From: Paraspadella gotoi
Taxonomy: Eukaryota; Animalia; Chaetognatha
DNA: 64,000 nt
Reading direction: 5' to 3'
Assembly: GCA_051294375.1 (NCBI GenBank)
Contig: CM119266.1
Location: forward strand, 1,493,554 to 1,557,553
The notes beneath the pieces are model-generated. The model saw only the letters and a list, made by a program, of their open reading frames with translations, did no database searches and was not told the DNA's origin. Position 1 is the first letter of the stretch, and each line of letters starts with the position of its first letter. Positions 52,560-64,000 of the stretch are shown here, one piece after another. A program made the position numbers and the translations under genes.

Positions 52560-53350
52560 CAAGAAGAGAGAAGAGCGAGTGAGAGAAAGTAGGAGAGAGA
52601 GAGAGAAGGGGCGAGATGGAATAATTTTAGTAAAACGAATCTTTTTAATTTATGTCTACGTAAATAAACAATATCTTTTTTTTTCAATGCAAGTAGCCCT
52701 AATCCGCGGTAAAAAATATCCCCTATAGCCTTACTCCTGCAAACGAACTCACCTTCAACGAAAAGCAAACGCAGAGACATTTAAAAACGTTCCAATCCGC
52801 TGGCGATCGGAAGACATTCCAGATCCGCGAGACCGGAATCCAGATATTGACCGATGAAAAGTCGAGGATGAAGGGGAATCGCGACGAGTAAGGTCACGCC
52901 CATAAGTATGAGGAAGGCCGCTTCCGCCGTTGCTAAGTGGAAGGAGGGAGAAAGTGGGCAAGATTGGCAGAAGGTAAGGGCTTGACGCAGTGCTTTTGAA
53001 TAATTGTACTATATCCCTCGAAAAAGGGATATAACACGATATTTAAAAAAAATATTTAAAAAAATATTAAACTTAAAACATAAATTTTGATTCTAACACG
53101 TCTCAAACAAGTAATTTTATATCGTAAAATAACCGCATATACTGACACTTTCCGTATATTCGGAAAGTCTCAAACTTGCCTGTACATCAGGTATGGGAAA
53201 GTCCAGACGCAGTGAAGGTTCACGAAAAACCGAGGAGTGAGAAAGAAAGTGCCAGTGATTCTTCCAGGTCGGGCGGGAGTTGGGGGAAGAGGAGGGGGTA
53301 GGGTAAGGGAGGGGGAAGAAGGAGAGGAGGCGGGGGTTTTTGTCTCCATC
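42515..53350 (-). CDS. SLC6 (sodium:neurotransmitter symporter family) transporter-like gene, divergent, multi-exon; indel-ridden and containing an artefactual internal duplication
   Basis: Motifs in order on the minus strand: RPTWKNHWHFLFSLLGF-VNLHCVWTFPYLMY (53180-53275)|NGG-AFLI..IGQY (52755-52932); PLPWSHCGNA (~52400); TTFPYVL..NGIRHLF (49930-50140); DPRTWYVAV (49680-49740); GGLVMIGS..NVFFSIVS; SGPDVAFVVLAE; LPYWLDE|VGWILF; LKQIAYPTAEW; acidic tail. The 5' end and some exon phases are uncertain. Confidence 0.8.
44265..44411. repeat. Interstitial telomere-like (TTAGG/TTAGGG) degenerate array in SLC6 intron (copy at ~47341-47484)
   Basis: GGATTAGGTTAGGAATTAGGTTAGG.. units. Confidence 0.7.
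45797..46112 (+). mobile_element. Non-autonomous Helentron/DINE-1-like element (copy at ~48871-49184)
   Basis: Internal GACA/GACC microsatellite and 3' stem-loop GTTGCTCCGC-GAGTACTT-GCGGCGCAAC followed by TAAAAA; ends shared with 41288-41433. Confidence 0.55.
51671..52257. mobile_element. Foldback MITE, PIF/Harbinger(Tourist)-like, with TAA target-site duplication
   Basis: TAA|GGCGTAGT...ACTACGCC|TAA. Internal inverted matches include CGCAGTAGGC/GCCTACTGCG and TCATTAAGTGG/CCACTTAATGA. A related arm occurs at ~58430-58497 and ~58890-58958. Confidence 0.7.
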
Positions 53351-54259
53351 CTAAATGGGAGAAAGGTGGGTTTTTTTTGGGGGGGGGTTGTTTGTTTGTT
53401 TAATTGTTTTTTAAGAAAGAGTTAATAATTTAATTTCATCGAATAAATTAATTTTGACATATAATATATTGATTGAAAGTTACTGTATTAATTCCTACTC
53501 CTTTTTTCGTCATTTTTCATTTAAATATAAAAGAAAAAACATAGATAAGATTTAAAACTTAAACTGAATAAAAGGAAGAAAAAAGATTCGAAAATTTTGG
53601 ATGAAATCCAGAATTTTTTTTTATTGCGGAATCCAAGTCGGAGAAATTGGAACTCATAGCTCATAGAGATTGGGAGTTTAGTTTGAGGAGTTTCGGATCA
53701 TGTTGGATCTTCTGCATCATCGGTTGATGAGTTGTGATAAGGGAGACTGAGGGTAGACTTATATTTAGAGATCACTGAGGTTAGGTTTTTTGTTTTATAG
53801 TTTTTAAAATCACAAATTAAAACGACATCAGATACTTTATCAAATTTTATTTCATTCCTATTATTAATCTTCTAATCGCAGTTAACCGAAGAGGGTAGAG
53901 GGGGGCGTATTAAGTTTGAGGGGAAGAGATCAGACCATTTTTTTTTTCTAATATCTTTCTTTTAAAGAAAAATCTTTTTTGACGAACGAGAAAAATTTAG
54001 GCAAAAATCAAATCGAAGAAAAAAGTGAAGATCAAGATGCAAGCGAATTCACTAAATATGATTCCTTAAATCTTGATTCACTAAATCTTGGATTCAATCA
54101 ATCAATCAATCAATCATCAATCCACCATCAATTAAAATCATTCATCATCAATTAAACGCTTGATTCTCTACTCATTAAAATTAATCATTTTTGTAGATAA
54201 TCCTTTAATGAGCAATAAATCATCAGGCATAAATTAAATATATCATATCAAATCCTTAC

Positions 54260-54540
54260 ATGAATATTGGCCCAATAAGGGAGCTATCAAAATGCCCATT
54301 CGGTCGCGTCTTTTACCACGGAAACTACTTATAGAAGAGGCGACTTTTCCATTGGACGAGCTTCGCGTTGGTCGTATTTGATGTCGTCTTTGATTGGTGT
54401 CCTTTGATTGGTCGCGTTTCCTAATATTCGATAGCAACACGAAACCTGACTTTTCAACATTTCACCTCCCCCGAAAAAGGAAAACCGGTTTGTTGCCAAT
54501 GGACTATGCTTGGTTATTGCTTGATGGATTGGTGATACGT
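54260..54540. promoter_or_regulatory. CCAAT/ATTGG-rich region between divergently oriented SLC6 and GH27 genes (possible bidirectional promoter)
   Basis: Several ATTGG/CCAAT motifs clustered between head-to-head genes. Confidence 0.3.
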
Positions 54541-54800
54541 CTCTTGTCCTGTCTTAGAAAAAGGATTGTCAATGTGCGAAAATACTTGTTTAAGAATAAA
54601 ATAAATATATAGAATGCCATGCTTATTAACGATCGTAAATGCTGTTTTCATTTTTAAAATTCCCCCTTCAATAGATCGAATAAAAAGTACCTTTGCTCGT
54701 CACGTCGTCGACCGAAAGCGATTTCTTTCTTTACAACATTTTTTTTTTTTTTGAGAACGCCCCTATTTACGGTCAACAAAGCCACTCTCTTCTTCCCTAA

Positions 54801-56064
54801 ATGATTAAAAATAAAATAAAGAAATTATTTGCGCCGTATCTTGATTCTCGTTGGCTTTACTCCGTCACTCCTTTAGACAATGGATTGGGTAAGTTATTTT
54901 TAGACAATGGATTGGGTAGGTTGTTGCTAACATTAATTAAATTAGTTTTGCGTTTTACTCTGGGATTTAAATATCTTTTTTTATGTTTTTTTCTAAGCAC
55001 TGCTATTCGTTCCGTTTCTCTTTCTCTATTTTAGTATTACCTCTCCTTTAATTATCGATTTTAAGTATAACCATTACCAATGCTTTTTCAGCCCGGACTC
55101 CCCGATGGATGATGCTTGGCGCGATACGGATTCAACGTCGATTGCAACAAATCGCCAAAGAATTGCATAAACGTAAGATCTCTACATTCGCAAGGAAAGA
55201 AATGGTGCAGTTGGGATTTCGAGACGCCTGGATACAAATACGTCTCCATTGATGACTGTTGGAGAGCATGGACAACCAAATTACTCGGTTTTATTTATTG
55301 ATAAATAACTGGTTAATAACTTTCACATTAATACTTGAAGGGAGTGGTCCTTTTATTGAATGAAACAGTTTATAGACACATTATACGTCTTATAGATCTG
55401 AAAGTCAGGTGCTTAGTAAGTTCGTATGTTTTCGATGTTTTGATTGAAACTTTCAGTGTTCTTGTAGTTGTAGCCAACATAGTCATCCAAAGTCATCGCA
55501 AGATACTCATTTATTGAATCATTAATATAATATATATAATATATATATTAGTGAATCAATTCTTAAGTTGGCGTCGTCCAATCATTTTTTATTTTTTATT
55601 CTGTTTTTTTTTTTTTTAATTATTCCCCAAGAAAACAATAGCTGTCAACAATTGTAATTTCAAAATAATTTTTAGTCTGTCAAATTTTCACCAAAAAATA
55701 TTTGTCATTCTGAGACAATCTGTTGCTTTCGGACTGGATCGTCCCTAATACCAATCATCAATCAATTGAACAGAAACGCGACCCCAAAACGGATCAGTGC
55801 TTGGCAACTCTACTCGTTTTCCCCGCGGATGAAATACATTGGCGACGAACTCACAGATTGGGACTCAAGGTTCGGGAATTTACAGTGACATCGGACTTAC
55901 ACTTGCGGAACTACCGGGCACTGAAGGATGTGCGCGTGAAGGGAAAAAAGGGAAAAACTGTTAGAAATAATAAATAAACTAATAAGTATATATGATAATA
56001 AAATTTTATTAAAGAATGATTGAATCAATCAATAAATAAATAATTTTAATTCTTATTTCTTTTC

Positions 56065-56102
<38 letters not shown>

Positions 56103-58218
56103 GTCATTTCTCCCTCGATGCTTCACTTTGCCAATGGGGCGTGGACATGCTCAAACTTGACGGATGCTACGAGGACATAAACTCATGAACGTGACTTAAC
56201 CCGGCGATGGCAAAAGGCGCTCAACTCCACGCACAGACCCATCCTTACCTTGCAGGTCGGTCTGTCATTGACACAGCATGATAAAGTAAAAAAAAAGTAT
56301 TAAAAATATATAAAAAATATGATTATAATAGATTTTAAAAAATAAAAATAAATAGGAATTTATTAAAACGACAATATGCAAATAGATGAGGACTCCATCT
56401 CATTTGTAATATCCCCAAATGAATTTGCTCTAAAAATTTGAAAGTGCTTGAAATGTTTTTGTCGAACACGATTACGCGTCGTTTTTACGTAGATTATCAA
56501 ATAACTATAAAATATTAAACTTGTACGCAAATCTAAATTTTAATCACATTCTTATCAGTATTGTAACGATAAGATATCACAGTGACACATGAGAGTTATA
56601 ACATAAGCGAAACAGGCCAGACTAAACTATCGAAATGTGACTTACATATGATAACTTGTTATTCAGTTGGCAGCGTACATCGTCGGCAATAAACGGCTTC
56701 CTAACTACAAACTCATTTCTCAAACCTGCAACACTTGAGAATTACGACGACTGGAACTCGTGGTCTTCCATCAAAGGCATCATCCTTTGGTCAGAGTTGA
56801 AACTGATGAGTGACGTCAATGAGAATTAGAGGGGAAAAGCTTAATAGAGAAATTTGGATGCAATGAGATTAGATGCATGGAGTCGAATAGATTATCTGCA
56901 ATGAATTATCAGCATGAGATTTATCTGCAATTTCCTTGGATGCAACTTGTTTGCAATAATATTTTTTGCGTTAAATTTGATGTGATTATATGCAAGAAAG
57001 ATTTGTAAGCATTACATTTGGATGCCATGAGGTAAGGATGTAACTGTATCAAGATGAACGTTGCAAATGGTTGCCTCGTCATTTCGATCAGATCCCAGGC
57101 CGGATCGATGACTACGAGCATTTTGTTCGTTGAGTTCTACATCCTTTAATAAATTTAAAAAATATCCTTAAGTTTTCTCGACCAGGTATCGAAGCACTGG
57201 CCCGAAATCAGCCTTTCACGGACCCGGTCACTTCTCCGACGCTGACATGTTGATCATCGGCGATCATGGTCTCACTACCGACGAGTCAAGGACTCAGTTC
57301 GGCATGTGGAGCATGTGGTAAGCTTAGCTATTAACTTACCTTTGGGATTTATTGATCATAGCTTGTTTCTACACTCGTGTCTTTTTCAATTAATGTCTAA
57401 TGTCCAATAAGTTTGTCTGTAATTGCTGTCCCGTTTGCAATATCTCAACGCTTCCGTCATCCGCCATCACAGGTCCGCCCCTCTCATCATCAGCGACGAC
57501 ATGGAGCATTTGGAAAGATGGGAAATCGCCTTGCTGCAGAACAAGAACGGATCGACATCAATCAGGACGAATTAGGTACAAGCAGATCTTGTTGTTGCTT
57601 GGCAAATTAATTAAGAAAAACTTTCAAAGAATCGATTTAAAATCAAAGTCACTTATCTATTGACAATAATAATTTTCAAGCTTTTTTTATCCTCAGGCGA
57701 AATGGCTTCCGTTGTGAAGTCCGATGCAACCGGTCAAATTTGGCACAAAAATTGAAGGATGATGTCAGCGGTGGCCATCCTCTACCTAGGAGAGGGGAAG
57801 AATCAAGTCCTTAACGAACTCTGACAAGTTAGGAGTGAAGGGACAGGTGAATAAATCAAGAAAATCATCAATCGGTTTCCATCAATCATTAAGATTTATT
57901 GATCAATTGTAGAAGACGAAAATAATAATATAAATAATAATAATAACAATCATCAAATCTCTCAAAAGTAAAATGTTTCTTGACGCCATAAATCGATAAA
58001 GCAATTGAATGAATGAACGAATGAATAATCATCCTCCAATCAATCATCAATCAATCAGTCTTTCAATCAATCTCAATTCCTATTTTCAGCAATACACTAC
58101 TCGGTTCCGAAGTCTCACCGGTCGATCCTCGGAGTCTCGGCCTTTCGGATTCTCTGGCCGTCGAAGTCAACATCCACGGATTCAACTCTTGAGATTCTGC
58201 AAACCGGAAGGAGAATAA
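54801..58218 (+). CDS. Glycoside hydrolase family 27 (alpha-N-acetylgalactosaminidase/alpha-galactosidase-like), many frameshifting indels
   Basis: Motifs in order: LDNGL|ARTP; GYKYVSIDDCW; RFP..LGLK-GIY; GVDMLKLDGC (nucleophile Asp); TCN..RNYDD (acid/base Asp); GPGHFSDADMLIIGDHGL..QFGMWSM; DINQDELG. Confidence 0.85.
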
Positions 58219-58348
58219 TCATTACATCCGGCGGAGAGAGGAGGCGACGTCGCTGTGAAGACGGACTGCGGCAGAGTAGTTTCAGTGGTCACTGCGAGGA
58301 ATATGACTCTCGCGTGGAAAGATTGTTTTGTTTTTGGAAAAACTTGGT

Positions 58349-59252
58349 GAATAGAGTAAGATCTAAAATAGTATTTAAAATGATGAAATTGCGAAAATTG
58401 AAGAATATATATATTTTTTTTTTTTTTTTTTACAAATTAATGTTCACTGATGGTAGTTGTTATATTGACATTTGAATTTGCATGTAACTCACTACGCTCT
58501 ATGATGACAGTGTGTGTAGGATACATTTCTTGTAAATATATTTGTGTGTTTTCCTCTCGCGACGCAGAGAATGTCATTTTGTAAATATTGGTCAGCCCTT
58601 AATGTTTTGCAACATCCTCCTTTAATAAAAACGATATTTTTGAGAGAATAGACATTCGAGTTGAAGAGATACCCCGTGAGCCAGAAACGGATGGCACAAA
58701 CTAAAAATTTAATACACCGAAACTACTCAAGGAAAGTTAACATAATTTATGTCATTTGATAGAAGAGTCCCTTGACGTTTTTAAAATGTACCACATTTAT
58801 GCAAAATGAATAGAGTAGATCTAAAATAGTATTTAGAAATGATGAAAAATTGCGAAAATTGAAGAATATATATATTTTTTTTTTACAAATTAAGTTCACT
58901 GATGGTATTGTTGTTCATAATTGACATTTGAATTTTTGCATGTAACTTTCACTACGCTCAATGATGACACTGTTGTGGATACATTTTCTTGTAATATATT
59001 TGTGTGTTTCCTCTCGCGACGCGAGATGTCATTTTGTAATATTGGTCGCCCATTAATGTTTTGCGACATGCCTCCTTTAATAAAAACGATATTTTTGAGA
59101 GATAGACATTCGATTTGAAGAAGATACCCGTAGCCAGAACGGATGGCACAAACTAAAAATTTAATACACCGAAAACTACTCAAGAAAGTTAACATATTAT
59201 ATGCATTTGATAGAGAGTCTTGACGTTTTTAAAATGTACCACATTATGCAAA
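58349..59252. repeat. Tandem duplication of a ~450-bp unit containing a MITE-related arm
   Basis: Units ~58349-58805 and ~58807-59252 differ mostly by indels. Confidence 0.75.
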
Positions 59253-59556
59253 GTGACTTAGTGTATGCTCTAATGTCCTCCTTTCTAGGAGAAAAAAAAT
59301 TGATTCCTAACATTCCAAAATTTTCCGAAATCTGCTGCATATCTGCTTCAACATCGAATTCAGCGCAGTTAATGATGTGGGTTTTTAATATAATTAATTA
59401 TATTTTACCCCCATTACAAAAAGATCAAGGTAAATGATGTCTAGGATTCATGAGAAAGGAAAGGTAAGTTGTTTGTGATGATTGTGTTGTTGATTGCATT
59501 TGTTTGTTCATCATCTTTGTGTCGATCCTCCNNNNNNNNNNNNNNNNNNNNNNNNN

Positions 59557-61078
59557 TCTTTTTTCCGCTTTCACTTCCAAAAATTGATAACCAAGTCAAA
59601 TGATCTTCAACCTTCGCTTTAACCTTACCTTTTCCCCTCTCGCGATAACCTAAAAGAGAGAGATCTCGCCCACGACTTTGTCCATCACTTATCCACAGTC
59701 GGGTTCATCTACCTCCAGCACCATGGCGTCGCTCAGAATCTCATCGATGAAGCTCGACGAGCAGCTTGGAGAATTTTTCGACAAAGATTTGGAATTTAAG
59801 GTGACAAGTGTTGTTGCAGGAGTAATCAAAAATATTGTTAAAACTGGCTCAATAATATTTCTATTACGTAGTTTATTCCTTTTTAGTGAAATTAATTTGG
59901 CTTTATTTGGTTTTTAAGAATATTAAATATCTGAGTAAATTTGTGAATTTGACATTCTTTTGTAAGATAGAAAACATAAATATATTTTTTCAATATGGAT
60001 AGGATAAGATAAGATTTATTATTAACTAATTATTTAATAATTTACTTATGTTGTCATAATTTTTCTCAAGATGGCCTCGGAAATGACCGACCACCAAAAT
60101 CCGTGGGGCTTCAAACCTCGTGAATCTCAAAAATTTAAATCCAGAGGCAAAAGTTAAGGACGCCTTCGAGTCGGTGAAGCGTCCTCTCTCTCTCTCTGCT
60201 CTCTCTCTCTCTCTCTTCTCTCTCTCTCGTCTCTCTCTCTCTCTCTCTCTTCATCCCTTCTTCCCCCCTCCTCCCCAGCCCCCCAGCTCATGTTCGACGC
60301 CCCACTCTCCCACCTCCAACACCTGGCCGACTCCCCAACTGGCCGCGACGACGCCGACGTTGATCGAATCCCTCGGCGGCCGCTCTCTCGACGCCTCTTG
60401 AATATGTTGGCGTCGGTCTTCAGCTCCGAGACTCGGAGCACTTTGCCAAAACCCATTCGTTCCTTCTCGGGCGGATCGGCCGTCATCCCTCACAGCCTTG
60501 CGAATCAATCACTACCGCTGCTCGGGTCATACGGGCTGAAGGAAGGGCAGGCCCAGTGTTCGGAGCACTGCGACTGGGGAACGATCACCGCTGCTGCTGC
60601 AGGCGAGTGGGGAGGGGACGGAATTCTGATGCTGCGACCTGCGGCCGAGCTGAGGAAAGAGGCAGAATGAGCATGAAAGGCGGCTCAGTTTTGGTGTTGC
60701 TGTTGTTTTTATCCGTCTATTTCTCACTCGCTTTCCTACCTGCCTGCTTCTTTCTGATCTCTCTCCACCTGATTCTCACACCAACCTTTCCTGAACCGCC
60801 TGTTTCTAATCTCAGGACGACGTGTCAGGCCTCGAGGTGCAGGCGGCGCGAGGAGGAGAATTCGTGGAGGCGACGCCTGTCGAAGGAACCATTTTGGTCA
60901 GGATTGGGTTTTTTAGTTAATTCTATATTCATTAGTTATTAATAATATATTTGAATTAAAGACGAAGTATTTTTACATCAACGATTTTATTTTTAATGGT
61001 ACAGACAAGTTTCGGCTTACATCAGCCTTCATCAGTGCTATGACAATGACTTTGGGGGGAGAGAGAGAGAGAGAGAGA

Positions 61079-61119
<41 letters not shown>

Positions 61120-61205
61120 AGAGAGAGAGGAGAGAGAGGAAAAAAAAAAATGGCAACAAAGATGAGTGACAGGACAGTGGTGAAATGTGAGGACAGGTTA
61201 AGTTG

Positions 61206-61247
<42 letters not shown>

Positions 61248-61879
61248 TGAGGGAAAAGAAATTAAATTTTTTGTGAGTGAGAGAGAGAGAAAAAGAGAGA
61301 AAGAGAGAGAGAGACAGAGAAGCAGAGAAGCTAAACAAACTAAAATATTTAAATTAAGTCAGATTAAAATAAAATGAATAAGAAGTGAAATTTAGATGAA
61401 TGGAATAAAGATGTTGAGGGATAGGTAAGTGAAAGAGTAAGTTAAAAAAGAAGAAAGAAAAAGCACAAAATGAGCTGCCCTCCCCCGGGTCAACAATGGG
61501 GATGCTGACGATGTAGTCGGGTCATTGGTTTGTCATAGGCTGAGAGACTATTGTGGTGGAGTGCGACATGGACGGGTCCAGTAGAGACCCAGGCGGAAAG
61601 AGGCCAAGTGCAACTCGAACTTTAAAGAATTAAAAAGAATCGACAAAACTAAAATTCATCGTTTTTAAGATCATTGTTTTTAGGTCATAATTTTTCCCTA
61701 CCGTAAAGAAACGAACTTTTTTTCTCTCTTCTTTTTCCCATAATCCTCCCGAACGATTAAACTCCAGGAACGCCAATAAAAACGGGAGATAAAACGACAT
61801 AAACAAATAAAAACTGACATGAAAACCAAGAAGATTCGTGTATTTTTAAATTGAACGATGACAATTAACTCGGTCATAA

Positions 61880-61931
<52 letters not shown>

Positions 61932-64000
61932 GAGAGAGAGAGAAGAGAGAGAGAGAGGCGCGCGAAAAATTCACGCGACGAATCTTACGCCAATTATTTT
62001 ACTACTCTATAACTTTATTTTATCAATTAATCTTCATTTCCCCATCACTTTCTCTTTTCCTCTCTCCATCACAATCACAGGTCAACATCGGGCTGATGCT
62101 GGAGAACTGGAGGCAATGGCCGCCTTCGCGCCACCAAGCACCGCGTCGTCAAACCGTTGGAGCGCGAGCGAATCTCGATCGTCTTCTTCGCGATGCCCGA
62201 CTCTGACGTGGGCGTGGAGCCGTTGGAAGAGCTCGTCGACGAAGGGATCGAATCGTTGTACAGGAAGACGACTTGCAAGGAGTTTGTCGACCGACATGCT
62301 CCAGCAAAACGCATTGAAAAAGAGGAGGGATTGTTAATGACTATTTTATTTTTTTAACACAAACTATTTTTTGTATGACCGTTTTAAAAGAAAATAAATT
62401 TAAAAACAAAATTTTAGCCCCGCATATTTTTTTTTTTAAATCAGTAATTTTTATTTTATTTATTTTGGAGTGCAGAGCTGATAAGTGATCTCCGCTGAAA
62501 CTTCAGGGGGCGGATTAACTTATCGTTTAAGAAAGCAGAATTGTGGAAAGATTTAAACAAAAATGAAGTAAGCTTATTGAAACACTTTAAAAATACTTGA
62601 GATTATTTTTTCACGCAGTTATCATCTGTCCCTTTCTTTTCACAGAGACTCGCCGTCCATCCCCCGTCCTAGACTTATCTTCTCCAGACTTTGTCCAGCT
62701 GAGTCGCGACTTTGTCCATCACCTTTCCAACGTCGGGTTTATCTACCTGCAGCATCACGGGCGTCGCTCAGAATCTCATCGATGAAACACGCGAAGCTGC
62801 AAAGGAGTTTTCGCAAAGATTATGATTTTAAGAAATTATTTATAAAATGCTCTCATTTTATCATGATAATAACCATCACTTGTCCGAGGACGGGGGCAAT
62901 ATTGCTTATTTATTTAATGGACTGATATTTTTTGTACAGGTTGTCCCATTGCATATTAACATATTGCATATGCATAATAACTTTTACAATATTTATTTAA
63001 TGAATTTCAAAATTTGCAACATTTTTTTTAACAGATGATTTCAAAGATGACGGATAAAACTGTTCCATGGGGTTTCAGGCCATTTTGAGACTGAGAGGCT
63101 GGATCCTGAGGCCAAGATCATGGATGCCAAAGAAGTGGTAACTGTAGATGTTCTTATCCGTCTATTTTCTTATACTTTTTTCGAGTTGCACTTATTTTCC
63201 AGCTTCTATTTTTTTTTCCAGATCATGGTTCAACGCACACGATCCTTCCTCAAACAACTGGCCAACACCTCGACTCGGGGAAACTACGACGTCGCTGATC
63301 GATGGAATTGGGCGAACTTACCCGACGCTTATTAAAATGCTGGGACGTCGGGTTGGACCTCAAAGACAGTGACGTATTTCTGAACGCTCACTCGTTTCTA
63401 GAGAGGACCCGATGGACCGAAGTCCCAAACTTCTCTCCGCTTCAATCATTACCCTTTTTTGGAGAGAGCGAAATGAAAGATGGTCAAGTCAATTGTTCCG
63501 AACATTTCGATTGGGGACAGTGACTCTCTTGATGCAGGTACGAGTATAGAATAGTTTTTTACGTTCAATTAATTGATTGGTTCATTGATCGATTCATTGA
63601 ATTAAGGACGATTGTCTAGTTAACTTTGATTGATTCATTAAATTAGGACGACGTCTCGGGTTTGGAAGCACAAACGTCGCGCGATGGCGAATACGTGGAG
63701 GCGCTCGATCGAAGGAACAATCTTGGTTCGAGAACGCTTTGAAGGACACTATAATTATAATTAAATATACTTTACCTTCCATTTTCATATTTTCTTTTCA
63801 TATTCATATTAAACATACGCTTCTTTCTTTCTTCTTACATTTATAAGTTATAACTTTTTTTGTGTTTATTTGTTCTATATTCTTAGTCTGATTAACTGCT
63901 AGAAGGAATTGTTATTTTATGATTATTTAATGATTATGATTTGAGAAACGAAATTGTTAATTGATAACAACGATTTTTTCACAATAAAATTCGGACATGT
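59557..64000. repeat. Redundant chimeric block: 59557-59651 = ~43949-44044, then ~59668-64000 = ~35004-39302 (indel-damaged copies of dioxygenase paralogs 1-2)
   Basis: Colinear identity including introns and microsatellite positions; starts at N gap 59532-59556; the junction contains AAAAGAGAGAGAT. Confidence 0.85.

Noticed and set aside
54872-54920. Duplicated TTTAGACAATGGATTGGGTA as a mutually exclusive micro-exon pair
   Set aside because: More simply a short tandem duplication of the exon-1 end and donor; the spacing is too short for an intron.
54801-58218. GH27 and SLC6 genes as true pseudogenes or programmed frameshifting
   Set aside because: The indels resemble those that distinguish the duplicated assembly blocks, and GH27 catalytic motifs are preserved; sequencing error is more parsimonious.
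59668-64000. Additional dioxygenase genes or pseudogenes
   Set aside because: Near-identical to 35004-39302 including introns, differing by scattered indels, and bounded by a gap and a chimeric junction; best explained as redundant assembly.

Overview
Eukaryotic (animal, probably protostome invertebrate) genomic DNA. It is AT-rich, full of (AG)n/(CT)n microsatellites, has short introns and carries indels typical of noisy long reads. Most entries in the ORF track are microsatellite artefacts, so genes were rebuilt by hand from splice sites. In order: the 3' part of a large-Rab (RASEF/CRACR2A-like) GTPase; a secreted two-Kazal-domain protein; about 15 kb without recognisable coding sequence; a quiver/sleepless-like Ly6 gene; three tandem IPNS/ACCO-type 2OG-Fe(II) dioxygenase paralogs; a strongly degenerate SLC6 transporter (minus strand); and a GH27 alpha-galactosidase/NAGA. 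Three blocks (1-2967, 43761-46805, 59557-64000) are redundant copies next to N gaps and look like assembly artefacts. The most notable signal is an intronless 96-aa secreted precursor nested, same strand, in quiver intron 2. It carries four IEEPGGIIDPS(S/D) repeats that differ almost only at synonymous sites and has no dibasic cleavage sites, making it a candidate animal multi-core peptide/RiPP-like precursor 5.5 kb upstream of the dioxygenase trio. Second, the same intron in the three dioxygenase paralogs starts with GT, GA and GG, which suggests non-canonical 5' splice donors.
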